A stretch of 63,044 nt of DNA, counting the filler, from Intoshia linei (lineage: Eukaryota > Animalia > Orthonectida), in NCBI GenBank assembly GCA_001642005.1. It is 8 parts of 8 records of this genome, joined end to end, with 100 filler letters (N's around TTAATTAATTAA, not from the genome) between each part and the next. Parts side by side here need not be neighbours in the genome. Positions count along the whole stretch, not along the records: positions 21,530 to 38,017 come from LWCA01000858.1; 7 more parts are not named here. One strand, given 5' to 3'. Positions 25,401 to 38,117 of the stretch are shown piece after piece. The position numbers and the translations under genes are program-made. Below the pieces are notes generated by a model. It worked only from the letters and a program-made list of their open reading frames with translations. It had not been told where the DNA came from and ran no database searches. Each line of letters opens with the position of its first letter. Position 1 is the stretch's first letter.

Positions 25401-26694
25401 AGTATTATGTAAAAAATAGTTTCTTGAATATGAAACTATTTTAAGTATTTGAATAAGTGACTAGGACTATCTAACACTACACATCGTTTACTAAAAAAAA
25501 TGGGATATATATAAAAATTAAAAATAATAATATAAAAAATTTCGGGTTGCCTCGAGCTAGATAGGTTTGACTATACTAATACATTACTATCGTATGCATT
25601 TATTCTCGCGTCCGTTCCATCACAAATTTCTAACTTATTTCCAGCATCATTTTGATATGCTACAACCATTTCCATATCGGACATTTTAAAAAGGTCCACT
25701 TCCATTTCTTTGGCATCAACATTGTCAATTTTATCGACCTCAAATTCTGTATTAATTAATGTCTGTTTACCAACAATCGTATTATTTTGAATCTGGTTTC
25801 TAGACATTTTTTAATTATAGTACATGTATTATATAAGTTTATAATAACTTAATACGATATGTAAAAAATTACTTTGGTGGAGGTAATGGTTCCATTCTCT
25901 TGAATAAATTTTTGCCAAGTTCACCAAATGTAAATTTCATGAATATCTGACTTTTGGGTTTATCTGGAACGAATATATAACAAGCTTTATCTTGTCTACA
26001 CATTTATATATAATTATACGTTTTTTATTGATACCCCAAAATTGACTCGGACATAATCATTCTTTCACGTGGATACTGAACTGTAATTATTTGTGAGCGA
26101 CTGCAACGTAAACCAGCTAAAGTTTTTTCAATATATTAATTGGTTGTTGCAAAAAAAACAGCAAATATGACACTATGAAACTTGATAGTTTCTACTAACA
26201 AGTATTAATTTACCTTTGTTAACAGTTTTGTAATGTATTCCATAGTCTGAAGCTATTGATAAATTTTTCGGGAAAGTTATATACATTTGATTACTATAGC
26301 TGTGGATGCTCTTTGGTAATTGTGATCCATAGCATAATGATTTCAACAATACAGTTTCTTTATACTGACCGAAACCTGATTATAATTATAAGATACTAGG
26401 TTGACTGCTAGTTTTTACATAATATTTTATTTACGGGGATTTTTTTTTGCAAGTTTTTATTTTTTAGTTCACCACAGCATATGGCATTTAATGCTATCAT
26501 ATGCTTTTAATTTATTAAATTTTTTACCCAATAAAATTTCGTGCAATAAAATATTCACATAAATAAATATATAACCGTCATATATTTTTATATTCTGTGT
26601 AGCACCACACAAGCCTTTTATCGTCGGTATCTTTCGAAATTCTATTACAACCCGATCATCATACGGAATCTTAAACTTGAAGCAGTTATCTCCT
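22444..26694 (-). CDS. Single-pass membrane protein with two divergent CUB domains; 5' end unresolved
   Basis: In-frame exons 26576-26694, 26214-26375, 26035-26116, 25873-25995, 25588-25799, 24637-24786, 22444-22856. CUB-like text C..IKIYDG...LLKSLCYGSQLPKSIHSYSNQMYITF; second repeat CYIF..IFMKF..C..INAYD..IC..IKSGNSGVIVE; TM YLWIGFGVANGFISIFIFIG followed by CYCKKKKKC and a Pro-rich tail. Confidence 0.75.
23505..24454 (+). mobile_element. Non-autonomous Helitron-like element with both termini
   Basis: 5' A|TCCTTACTTATATAA, 3' ...GTACGTATTACATAATAGTCAACCTAA|T (CTAG|T in the copies ending near 27097 and at 48132). No TSD. Sits in an intron of the CUB gene. Confidence 0.75.
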
Positions 26695-29164
26695 CTAGAA
26701 TATATACATAAATATAAATAATTAGGACCTACATTATAGTATTTCTTAACATATAAACTGACATAATATAACATTAGCATTAAGGTTTTCATTACCTATA
26801 TTTTAATAAATTAAAAAAATAAATGGCATGACAAAATTGTTTTTAAAATTCTTTACACAAATGTTAACAAAATGAAATTAAGTGGAAATGATTCACATTA
26901 AATAAAAAAGGTAATGTGAAATGACGGGTCCATAGTGGAACAAGTTTGGGATCCACACATTTAAAGGGTTGATAATAGTGAATGTAGAATTTTTAAGTAA
27001 GATTTTATTATTGATATTATTTTTTGGTAGAATTAAACAAGTCCGCCCTCTGCGGAGCTAGGTGCTATTTGTACAAAATACACAACAGTCAACCTAGTAT
27101 TTTGATACAAATAATTATTGATAATTGAAAATAAACGTATTGACGTGTACTCTAGTCATATCCACTACAGAGTAGAGTAATGTGCATTGTTGGCATACCG
27201 TAACTATAAAATATTATATATATCAAGTTATAATTATAGACAATGTATTTAATAATATAGTATTAATATCCAACGACTAACCTCTCATGACAATTAATAC
27301 CAATAAAATTAATTTCTTCATTTTAATTACAACTAAATATTTTAAAAAAACATTAATACATAGTTACACCAACTTCTCTTACTTTATAGAACAATGATCT
27401 CATTTTAATGTTAAATTGTATAGTTCATACTGACACTTAAATTTAATAAATAAAATAACTGTACAGTTTCACAATGTAATTTTAAGTAAATGTAAAGGTG
27501 TATTAGCTTCAATGTTGTCAAGCATATCAATTTCGAAAAATGTAGTATACTCAGTTATAGATTCATGGGTAACTAGCCTAGCCACTGTAGTGTAGAAGGA
27601 ATGAATTATATAGATTTTCACCCATATTTCTTTATTGGAAATGTGTAGAGGTTCAATACACACTTTTTTGTAATTGTAGGATCAACTTTTATATTAATCG
27701 GAATATTTGAACAAGATTGGTTGATAATATATTAAAAATTATTTTCCACTGGGAATGTATAGATTTTGGGTGTTGAAATTTTGTATATATATCAACTGGA
27801 ATAAGCTCTATCAAAATAATTTTTTTTTTTAATTTTCGGACCGTTAATTATTTCACATTTTTTGTTTAAAATATTTAAAATATTTCGGAAAAAAAGTATA
27901 TGAATATTAAAATGCATTTTTGACAGTGAAAGCGTCACTTATTCAGATTGAAATTTTTTTTGTGTGTTAACAGAATACAACTGTAGCAACTTAAATTTTT
28001 TTAAATTCTAATTCTACTTTAAATTTAAATAAAATAAAACTTAACAAACAACTTTAATAGTTGTTTAATTTGTAGAAATAATAACCAGCTCTAACGGTGG
28101 TGCATTGACATATCACCATCATTTCGACATGTTTAAATAACTATTTTTTTAACAAAATTTGAATAGATATTGAAAGATTAATGGTAAAATTTTTATACAC
28201 AAGTTTGATCAACATTATCTAACGCAAAAATCTGTTTAAATCAGTGATTCCCAACGTGGAATTGCTCCCACCGGTGGGGCTTAGAAAATTTGAGCTTGTG
28301 AATATTTGGTTAAACTTTAAAAATTTTAGAAAACAAAATAATTGATTAGGTATCCACGATTTCTATTGTTACAAATTCATTGATAAACTCAATTTTTATT
28401 AAAATTTACATATATTTTTAGAGGTATTTTTGCATGCATTTTTGCTTGCAATGATGATCAGTGATCAATGATCACATCACATTTATATCAGGAATTTATC
28501 ACATTTAACTTTAAAGTTATAACTTGTAACTACCATTGAAATACAGTGGTAAACTTTACCAGGTAAAGTTACAGCAATGATTATTTTTTAACAAGGTAAA
28601 CTAAACTTTGGTAAATTCTCATATTTTTGATAGACTGAAAATATTTACACTTAACTCAAAAATCACAAATTAATTCGGTTTATTGTATGTTAAATTTAAG
28701 TATATTAAATTTTAATTGAACTTTTTACCCCAGTTTGTTGCGCAGTAATATATAAACATAAAAAATTATACATACAAAAATCTATTAGAACACCACATGG
28801 AAATATTTGTTATAAATTATAGTGGGGCGTAGAAATTTTGTAAGGTTAAAAGTGAGGCATAAAACTTAAAAGGTTGATAAACACTTGTTTAAACCAATTT
28901 TAAATGTAAAACTTTAACAAATTTTACACAGATTAAACAACTTTAAATAAAAAATCATGCTAAACTAATAATAATGCAGGGACCCATTTTTCTTATGAAT
29001 GTTTATTATTTTACTCAAAATAATAATTTTAACTGCATAAAAAAGTGTTAAACACAAAATACTATCAAACTAAATTACGTCATGTTGAATTAATGTTTAG
29101 GTAAAAACAAATAAAAAAGTAAGATAATTTTATTGTATTTACAATTTAAGACAATACTTTAAAC

Positions 29165-31728
29165 ATGCGTAGATCTACAAAATTATTTACTCAGAGGCTA
29201 AACGAAAAACCTCAAAGAAACAATTCTACACAGATGAAACAAATTATCAAATCTGTACAACGTTTTAAAGATGTAATTGAAGAAGATGAAGATGAATACA
29301 ATCTAAATGTATACCATATTTCAAATATACACTCTTTTGAAAATTTACCGTCAAATTCAGCTAGAAAAATTATTCAAAATGTTTACAAAGTTTCAAAGAA
29401 TAATCTTCCAAATATGGAGAATATAGCTGATTTAATATATTCATTGCCTGAATCGTTTATTGTTAATGCTACATTTAAGGAATACATGTATCTTAAATCT
29501 AAGAAAACAAAGGTGATAAAAATTTCATTTTTGTACAATGTACATAGAGGTTCCCTTTGCCTTTCATTATAATGAAAGATAGATTAATAATTATTCAGGA
29601 TTGAATAAAGGTACTAGAGCATTGGTTCCCAAACATTTTACACCATGGACCACTTGTTTAAAAAAAAATCGCTTCAATCCCGTACATGTCACTAAGGTAA
29701 CATTTCTATATTTTTATGATATATTTTGCTCCTTAAATCGAAAATTTTACATTTATTTTAAAGTGGTAGCTTATATGGTGTAATTAAAAAAATTATTTAT
29801 TTCAAACATAATTATGGTTAACTACCAGAGTACAACCAACCGTATCCGAGATCTGTTTTCGGAGAGATCTCCACAAAATTTTTTTAAAATGGTACGCCAA
29901 TTTACTAAATTGAACATTTAAAATATTTTTAAATATTATAACTAATTTGTATGTTAAATTTAAAATTTTAACTCAAAAGCCTTAGAGAGATGGATAGGGT
30001 TATACCTTTTTTATTATTATGTTTATTACACTAAAATTTGTATGAAAATTTTTTTAAGGGCTAATTTTTCATATTAGGGTGGCCACGAGCTTGTTAGGTT
30101 CGGCTCTGGTAACTACTATATAACTAAATTAAATCGTTACATAGATTAAATTTAACAAACATGAAAATTATTGACGTTAATCAGTAAAACTCCACTTTGA
30201 TATTTTTATAAAATGATGCTTGCGTTTATTAATAATTATTATTATAATAATAAATGATAATCGATAATTATAATTTTATTTTTAAAAAAAAGGTTATCTT
30301 CAATTTATTTAAAATTTTTCTTGTGGAATACCTAGAATTTGCTGTGGACCACTTTGGGAACCACTGTACTAGATCATGGGTTCTTAACCTTTTTATTTTT
30401 ATTCAAAATTTTTCTGGCACCCCCCCCCAAATGATTCACTACCCAGGTTAAGAATCCATGTACAATACAAACCATACAAACAACTAACTTTAAGTAACCT
30501 AACGTCGCAGTATTATTAGATGTGATACCCATAATGTGAACGTTCATTAAAAATTAAAATCAGAATTTCACCATTTATGTGTTCACGAGAATGGCTTAAC
30601 CACTGAAACTAAGAAAAAATTATAACTTTAAAAATTTTGAAAATTCAGATTAGAACATATTTATTTTTATTATTAATTATCGTATTATTATCACTAAATC
30701 ATGAATATTAATTTTTAGGAAGAAATCATTATATTTTATGAAAAAAAATTGAGTTTAATTAAAAAACAATTGGAAAACAAGTATAAAAATAGAAATGACG
30801 CTTATCTAATTGTAAAGAAGGTAATATTAACGCATTATAGTACGTAGTACCGATTATACAGTACATATACCCTATTCGGGTAGGGTGATGTGGGATCGAC
30901 GAAATTTTTGTAAAATGAGGCCATCATTTTTCTAAATTGAGCATTAAAAATGATATTCCTGGATATGATAAATATTTTTTATGTTAAATTTACAACACCA
31001 TTAAGTCAAGTGCATTAGAAAGGTGATAGGGCTATATGACACTAAGTATCGTTTGTGATTTTTTTAGGGGCCAATTTTCTGTTTTGGTTGACTTGAGTTG
31101 GATAGTCTCGACACTGATATTTCGTTTGCCAATCTCGAATTATTATTATTTTCTACTTTCCGATTACAATGGGTATGAAAGGTAAAAATTACATTTTATT
31201 AAATATTTCCGAATAATCGTTACCATTGGAGTGATTCATCCACTATGGATAATGTTTTATTTTTTAAAATAAACACATGCGTAGAGTTTTTAAAAATTGT
31301 CAATTTTAAGACTCTACTCATATATGTAGTATTGAATATTTTTAAATTTATGAACACATTCATAAGTGGATTATGGTGTCAAAGGGTTAAATGACTAATT
31401 TGAAAAATAGGCTTCTTTTTACTCAAATTTTGTATAATCCCTAGGACCTCGGTACGGTAGATTCGGTTCTGTGTTGTATGGTACATTTTAATAATAATTA
31501 ATTTATTAATAGCAACTGGACGAAAATATGCAAAATAAAACAAATATGGAAGAAATTCTAACAACATTCAGCACAATTTTAAAAGTGAATCATGTTGTTA
31601 CCGCTTTAACTTATATGTTAAATAAAAGAAAGTCTAGAATACTACGATTATCAAAAGCAGATATAGTAATTGTTAAATATACATGTATGAATATGGACTT
31701 ACTTAGAAAAGCACTTGATATTTACTAA
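29165..31728 (+). CDS. Uncharacterised multi-exon protein (possibly with a premature stop)
   Basis: Phase-0 exons 29165-29512, 29548-29610 (in-frame TGA at 29602-29604), 30719-30820, 31513-31728, all with canonical splice sites. No recognisable domain. Confidence 0.5.
29620..30366 (+). mobile_element. Complete hAT-type MITE carrying a nested MITE (29827-30108)
   Basis: CATTGGTTCCCAAA ... TTTGGGAACCACTG termini; nested element with TSD TTAACTAC/GTAACTAC. Confidence 0.8.
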
Positions 31729-31757
31729 AAATGTTTTTTTTTGTTATAGCTTATTAA

Positions 31758-33899
31758 CCCTTAGACCAGGGTGCATAATTTGCGGCCGTGGGCAATCCAT
31801 GTGATCATAATGCAATCTATAATTATACTTCAAATTCAAGGGAAATTTTTTTATTAAAAAGTTAAATTTTTGACTTTTCTCACTTTCTCAAAAGTGTTTC
31901 TTAAACTTTCTCAATGTCAAATTAAATTTTGTGCGGCCATATTATCAATTAGTAAAATAGCTTTGTGGTTGAAATGGTGGAAAGTTTGTGTACCCCTGCC
32001 TTAGACAGTTTGATTGTTTTTTGACATGAAATTATACCGAAGATAATAAGCTAAATGTCAAAAATAAATTTTCAAAAAAAGCCAGGATAGCATATGTTAT
32101 TAATTTAAATTATTTTATGCGTATCAAAAAAATTAAAAATAATAGATAAATGGGCGTGTTTATATTCTAATGCCTAAGATTGAAATAACATTTTGTACTT
32201 ACATTTTATATACAGGTATCCTTCGATTAACGCGAAATTTCTTTAACATGTTTTGTTTTGTGTCACTTCCTCAATTAATGCAGTGAAAAATGAATTTAAC
32301 GCGAATTTTAAAATATTTATAATAAAAAAAATGGTTTTAAAAAATTTTTAGTGTTTTTAATTAATTTAATTTTAATTTAATTAATTAGTGTAAATTTAAA
32401 TATAAATAATGATATTAAAATTATTTTTGTTAGTTAATTATTTCAAAAATAAGGTGAAAAGGTTTTTAAATGCCAATTAATTGTACATTTTTCTTTAAAA
32501 TTATAAATATTTCATTTTATTAATTTTTTAATCTGTAATTTTCAATAACAAACAACAATAAACTATTTCCTTTATCTTCTAATGATTTTCCTCAATTCAC
32601 CCAGTGTCAGACACATTTAACGAAATATCTTTAAGTTTCACCATATTTTGTACATTTAAGTTTATTATTTACAATTTTTTTGTTATTATAAAGTTAGGCA
32701 TCCTTGGGTAAAAATATTTTCATAATATATAATCTTAACTTATATAAAAGGCTACGCAATTTTTGTTTGTGTGTCTGTCTGTGTGTGTTTCATTTTATTG
32801 AAATAACTACCACTCTTAGAATTTTTTAAAGACCACATTTCAATTACAGTTTTTTCCGGGATGTATAATAAAATAAATTCCAACCTCCCAATTTCACATC
32901 TTACGGCTCAAAAACCCCAGTTGTCCCTTTTTTTGAAAATCAAACGAATTGGAGAATTTAAAAAAAATATATACGCTGATACGGATTTTAAAATCATAAA
33001 CATTATCATAAATTTAAATGCTGATGCGGATTTTAAAATCATAAACATTATCATAAATTTAAATTTAAAAAAATACACTGATGCGGATTTTAAAATCATA
33101 AACATTATCATAAATTTAAATTTAAAAAAATTATATTTTCAAAGTCAAAACCTTAAATTACCCTTATTTTTTTAATGAAAACAGCCCTAAAATTTCAAAA
33201 AATTTACAGGTGGTACAGTTGTATCCTGTTAACACACATGAAAAATTTCAATCCGAATAAGTGACGACTTCACTGTCAAAAAAGTATTTTAGTATTTATA
33301 TATTTTTTTCCGAAATATTGGATGAAAACATTCATATTTAAATAAGAAACTAAACAACGAAACTAAAAAAACTTTGTTAATATCAATTTTATATTACAAT
33401 CTTTTGCAATAATGTAAAATTTGACTGAAATGTTTATAAAGTGAAAATTCAGTTAATTATTGATACAAAATTGGTATTTTTAAGTATTTATTAAATTGGT
33501 ACTGAATATATGTCATCACATTGAAAATGACAAAATAGGTTTTCATAATTTTATTTTTTCTGAAATTTATGCTATTTATGACACTTTTTAGGATTGGACT
33601 GTTTTTACTTTATTTTTAATATTATACACACATTCTGTCTAATAAAATTGGACTGTTTTTACTTTATTTTTAATATTATACACACATTCTGTCTAATAAA
33701 ATTAAAAAGTTTTAACTTTATTTTTAATATTATACACACATTCTGTCTAATAAATTAAAAAAATAGGATAACAATTGTTTTTAAAATTCTTTACGCAATA
33801 TTTTCACATAGTAATTTAAAAATAATAAAATTTTAAATCAAAATATAAATTCCAGACTTATGGTAATAGTACATAAAATTGCATCAGACAGTGAAAGGG
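31758..33899. mobile_element. piggyBac-like non-autonomous element containing a hAT MITE (31767-31998) and a Helitron-like copy (32733-33797)
   Basis: TTAA-CCCTT...AAGGG-TTAA ends; perfect 8-bp TSD CCTTAGAC around 31767-31998; Helitron copy with tandem duplications. Confidence 0.65.
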
Positions 33900-35662
33900 T
33901 TAAGATTATACAGAGTATATAAAGATTTTCAATCTTTAACGCAACTTTTTGCACGAATTGCGTTGCTATTGCAATTGACATCATTTATATTGCAACCGAT
34001 CGCATTGCTTTTTCAATCTTAATCGTTTTTATATGAAAATTTGAACACATAAAATTATATCAAATTTATTTTGTTATATTATATTCGCTGTTTGTCGTCT
34101 CCGTATCGTTATATCAATTTATAATTATGTTCCCTTCTTATACATTTAAATTCATCTTAAATATTAAATATTAATCTATTTTAATTCAGTATTGGTTGGA
34201 TTTTTTTAATATACATGTATCATCTTTTTTAAATTTTATTTTGATTAATTTTTTTAGGCTGTAATTTAAATGTCAACTGATTTATCAATTTTTAGCAACT
34301 AAATGAATATTTTGTCATTTGTTACACATAACAATTAAATATTATATAGGCGTCAATTAAAGTTAAACTTTTATTCATAATTTAGAAATTATAGCAATTG
34401 ATTATTGTGTCAATAAAGTATTATTTTTTTGCAATTAAATTAATCAAATCAACCAAATCTTATCAAAAATCTACTTTATTTTATTTCATAATATATAATT
34501 CTATTTAAAAGTTATCCTCACTACTTACTACACATTTCTCTCTCATATTACATTACTTTACTATTGACATAATTATATTCTATTTGTTCTCATAAAAAAA
34601 TATTTTCTGGTGTGAACACCATAGTATATTTATAATTTTTTTGTAATATGGTTTGTAGGTATAATATGGTATCTTAATATTTCAGTTTTAATTTGGGTCT
34701 GTACTGGATGATATAATATTTGAAAAACTAAATTTTAAATTTTTATACTGACACTTCCAAATTATTAAACTTACAATTCAATTTTTTTACGGACAAAATA
34801 TTATTTTATAAAATGTGTTTATTTCTATATACAAAAAGTTTTAGTAAATGAAAGTTATTAATTTTACATTAGTACTTTAATTACAATTGTAGTTAAAATA
34901 TAATTTTTACTTTAAATGATAATGTATGATTAATTAATTGACAATTAGAATAATTGATAATTTATTTATTCAGCAACTAACTTTATAATTTAATTGTTAC
35001 GTAAATCAATTGCCATAAACAACAAATCAATTGAAAAAATAAACATAGTAGCTAAAAATTGATAAATTAAATGTCAGATTAATTTATAGTCATTTTTTAA
35101 TTAGATTTATTTAAATTAATTTCTAAATTTCTAAAAAATCTATTCATGCTGAGCATGAGTAGCATGAGTAGGAGAGTCGCCACTGATATGCAGTTCTCGA
35201 ATCTTAAAATGTTAATTAATGTAGTCCAATTTTCTACCATTTAGATTAAATGTATAAATTGCCTAATTTTTTTTCCAATTTATAATTACTAATTATAATT
35301 ATTAATTACATTTTTTCAGTAAACAATATACGAATCCAATCAAAATCTCGTTTAAAAAATGTTTGGTTTAACGAATATTTCATTTAACGAACGTCGAAAT
35401 TTTTTAATATGATGGGTCAATATAAATAAATTGATCGTAATCTATTGTTATTTTTACATTTCTAATATACTATTTTAACGTTTTGCCATTTTCGTTAAAT
35501 GAGATTTTGACTCTATGTATTTGAAAATCAGAAAATGTCAAATAAAATCGTCTTGTTTGCCATAAAAAGTTTACATTTTACCCGTGACTAATTTTGGACT
35601 TTACACTAATATTTACAAATGATAAATTGTATTAATAAATACAATGTTTAATTTAGCCACTG

Positions 35663-36001
35663 ATGGATAAAATTTTGGTGCAAATTGGGATTGATTTTGA
35701 AAATTTAGCTAGTATTCGTGAATATCGAATGGATTTGTTGAATAGACTCATCGAATTAACGGATTCAAATAGTACTGTTATAAAAACTGATAATCCTAAA
35801 TTGAGTCTTCAAATTTCCAGTTCATCTATTGAAAAATTTCGTTCAATGTCATTATCAAACATTAGTTTTCAAAAGCACAGCGAAACTACGCAATATAATG
35901 ACATCATCAATGGTTTGAAAAATTTACTAAAATTTGAAGTTAATATTACACAGGAGGAGCATAAATGTAAAGAAATAGAAAGGCTCATTGGATATGTTTA
36001 A
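35663..36001 (+). CDS. Uncharacterised 112-aa ORF or terminal exon
   Basis: Protein-like composition, AATAAA just after the stop; no recognised domain. Confidence 0.45.
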   Translation: MDKILVQIGIDFENLASIREYRMDLLNRLIELTDSNSTVIKTDNPKLSLQISSSSIEKFRSMSLSNISFQKHSETTQYNDIINGLKNLLKFEVNITQEEHKCKEIERLIGYV

Positions 36002-36408
36002 GATTTAAAGTTGTAAATAAAATGTTTTAATAATATTTTTAATATAATTTCTTATATCGAATTCGAACGGGTACCTAAAAATATCTCAACTAGCTGTCGC
36101 GAACTTACAATTCATATTCAATGGAATTTACTTTATTTATCTAATTTCATCATGAAATTTCACGATAACTGTAATTCTAATTCTAAACGCTGAGAATTTC
36201 AGGATAGAGCTTAATAATGATTAGGAGGAAACAAATACATTATTATCAAATTTAAAAGTTTAACGTTTCATTAACAAAATTACATTGAATTAAATTTCTA
36301 ATTATTGGTTTAACATAACATGTAAATAAAATATCAATTTATCTATTCGTAAAGTTTTATTTGACTTGGAATGTAAACACTATTCCACCATTTATAAGTA
36401 AATAAAAC

Positions 36409-36849
36409 ATGAATATTTTTATTGTAACATGCATTATAGTGTCTTGTATATATACCGATTCAAAGTTAGAGTCTATTTCACAACAAAAATTACAAAAAAT
36501 GGAAAATATTAGTGGCACAATTTGGTCAGCGACACACATGTTTATTTTGGTGACAACCGTTTTCTTTATATATGATGATAAATTGGAATGGTTTAAAGAT
36601 TTGCACGCAGTAGCAAAATTGACAGTGATAGCATTATGTTCCGTGGTAATAACTTTGATAAACGTAAATTTGTTCTTTGCAGTATTTGATTTTGGAATGA
36701 AACTGTATTATGCCCATACGTACAATATAATTTACAAAATAAATGACAAGTTTTGGGTAAGATTAAAACATTTACCAATATCAAATTTAAATATTACTGA
36801 CAATGAAAATGTAAACCAGGAAAATTATCAGGATCAAGATGATAAATGA
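36409..36849 (+). CDS. Uncharacterised small membrane protein (signal peptide plus 2 TM, acidic tail), 146 aa
   Basis: Hydrophobic N-terminus, two further hydrophobic segments, and an Asn/Asp/Glu-rich C-terminus. Confidence 0.55.
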   Translation: MNIFIVTCIIVSCIYTDSKLESISQQKLQKMENISGTIWSATHMFILVTTVFFIYDDKLEWFKDLHAVAKLTVIALCSVVITLINVNLFFAVFDFGMKLYYAHTYNIIYKINDKFWVRLKHLPISNLNITDNENVNQENYQDQDDK

Positions 36850-37235
36850 ACAGGAGTTCAAATGATACAATTATTCAAAATGATAATGTGAATGAAGAAT
36901 CTGAATAGATTACCAGTTTGCATATGTACAATTAGAGCAACCGTCGACCTTCATTTTATGTTGTCTATTTCTAGTTAACAAATATATTTATTTTAAACAT
37001 TTTATATTTTGTACATATTCGATTTTATAGGGACCGACTGTTGTAAATTGTTTTGTTGGTTAATGCACCATAGTAGATTGTATAATTTGTTTTTTTCAAT
37101 CGCAGTAATTAAGAAAAGTTTGAGATATATGCAATTTTCTAAAGTTTTATGATAATACCGCTAAGATTTAGCCTAAGTCACCTTTAAACTACAAATTACT
37201 GAGATCTAGTACAGAGTGTTGAATGAAGTCTGTTC

Positions 37236-37830
37236 AACCTTACTTATATATTTATATGCTGTGTAATATTTGTTTGTGTATGTGTATTATAGTTTATTTT
37301 AATAACTACCAGTCTTAGAATTTTATAAAGTTCACATTTTAAATACAGTTTTTTCCTGGGTGTTAACAAAATAAATTTCAACCTCCCAAACTCACATCTT
37401 ACTGGTCAAAAACCCCAATTGTTTTTTTTTGAAAATCAAACGAGTTCGAGAATTTAAAAAAATATATATTGATACGCATTTTAAAATTATAAATATTATC
37501 AGAAATTTAAATTTAAACAAAATATATCTTCATGGCCAAAACACCAAATTACCCTTTTTTTTAATGAAAACAGCCCTAGAATTTAAAAAAAATTTACAGG
37601 TGGTACAGTTGTATCCTGTTAATACACACAAAAAATTTCAATCAGTACAGTTGTATCCTGTTAACACACATAAAAAATTTCAATCCGAATAAGTGACGAC
37701 CTTCACGGTAAAAAAAGCATTTAATTCATACATTTTTTCCTAAATATTTTATTAACAAAAAATGTGAAATAATTAATGGTCCGAAAATTAACAAAAAGTT
37801 TATTCTGATAGATCTTAATCCAGTTGATAT
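37236..37830 (+). mobile_element. Helitron-like family copy (partial)
   Basis: Same 5' end and body as 23505-24454. Confidence 0.7.
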
Positions 37831-38117
37831 AAATATTACTATTGTTTATTTTCGTTTTATTTCACTAAAATTTATAAAAATCACTAAATTTATTACAAGG
37901 CATGTTGATGTGTAATTATATTTTAACATAGAATCATTAACGATATCATTCAAAGTTTGAAATATACACCATTTGGATGTCGAAATATTGCTGAAAAGCG
38001 ATCTATAATTGAATTTGNNNNNNNNNNNNNNNNNNNNNNNNNNNNNNNNNNNNNNNNNNNNTTAATTAATTAANNNNNNNNNNNNNNNNNNNNNNNNNNN
38101 NNNNNNNNNNNNNNNNN

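Noticed and set aside
32861-33175. Repetitive ORFs ([14 protein letters not shown]) here and at 9560, 37429, 38803, 48443, 50542
   Set aside because: Chance translations of the Helitron-like repeat and its tandem duplications.
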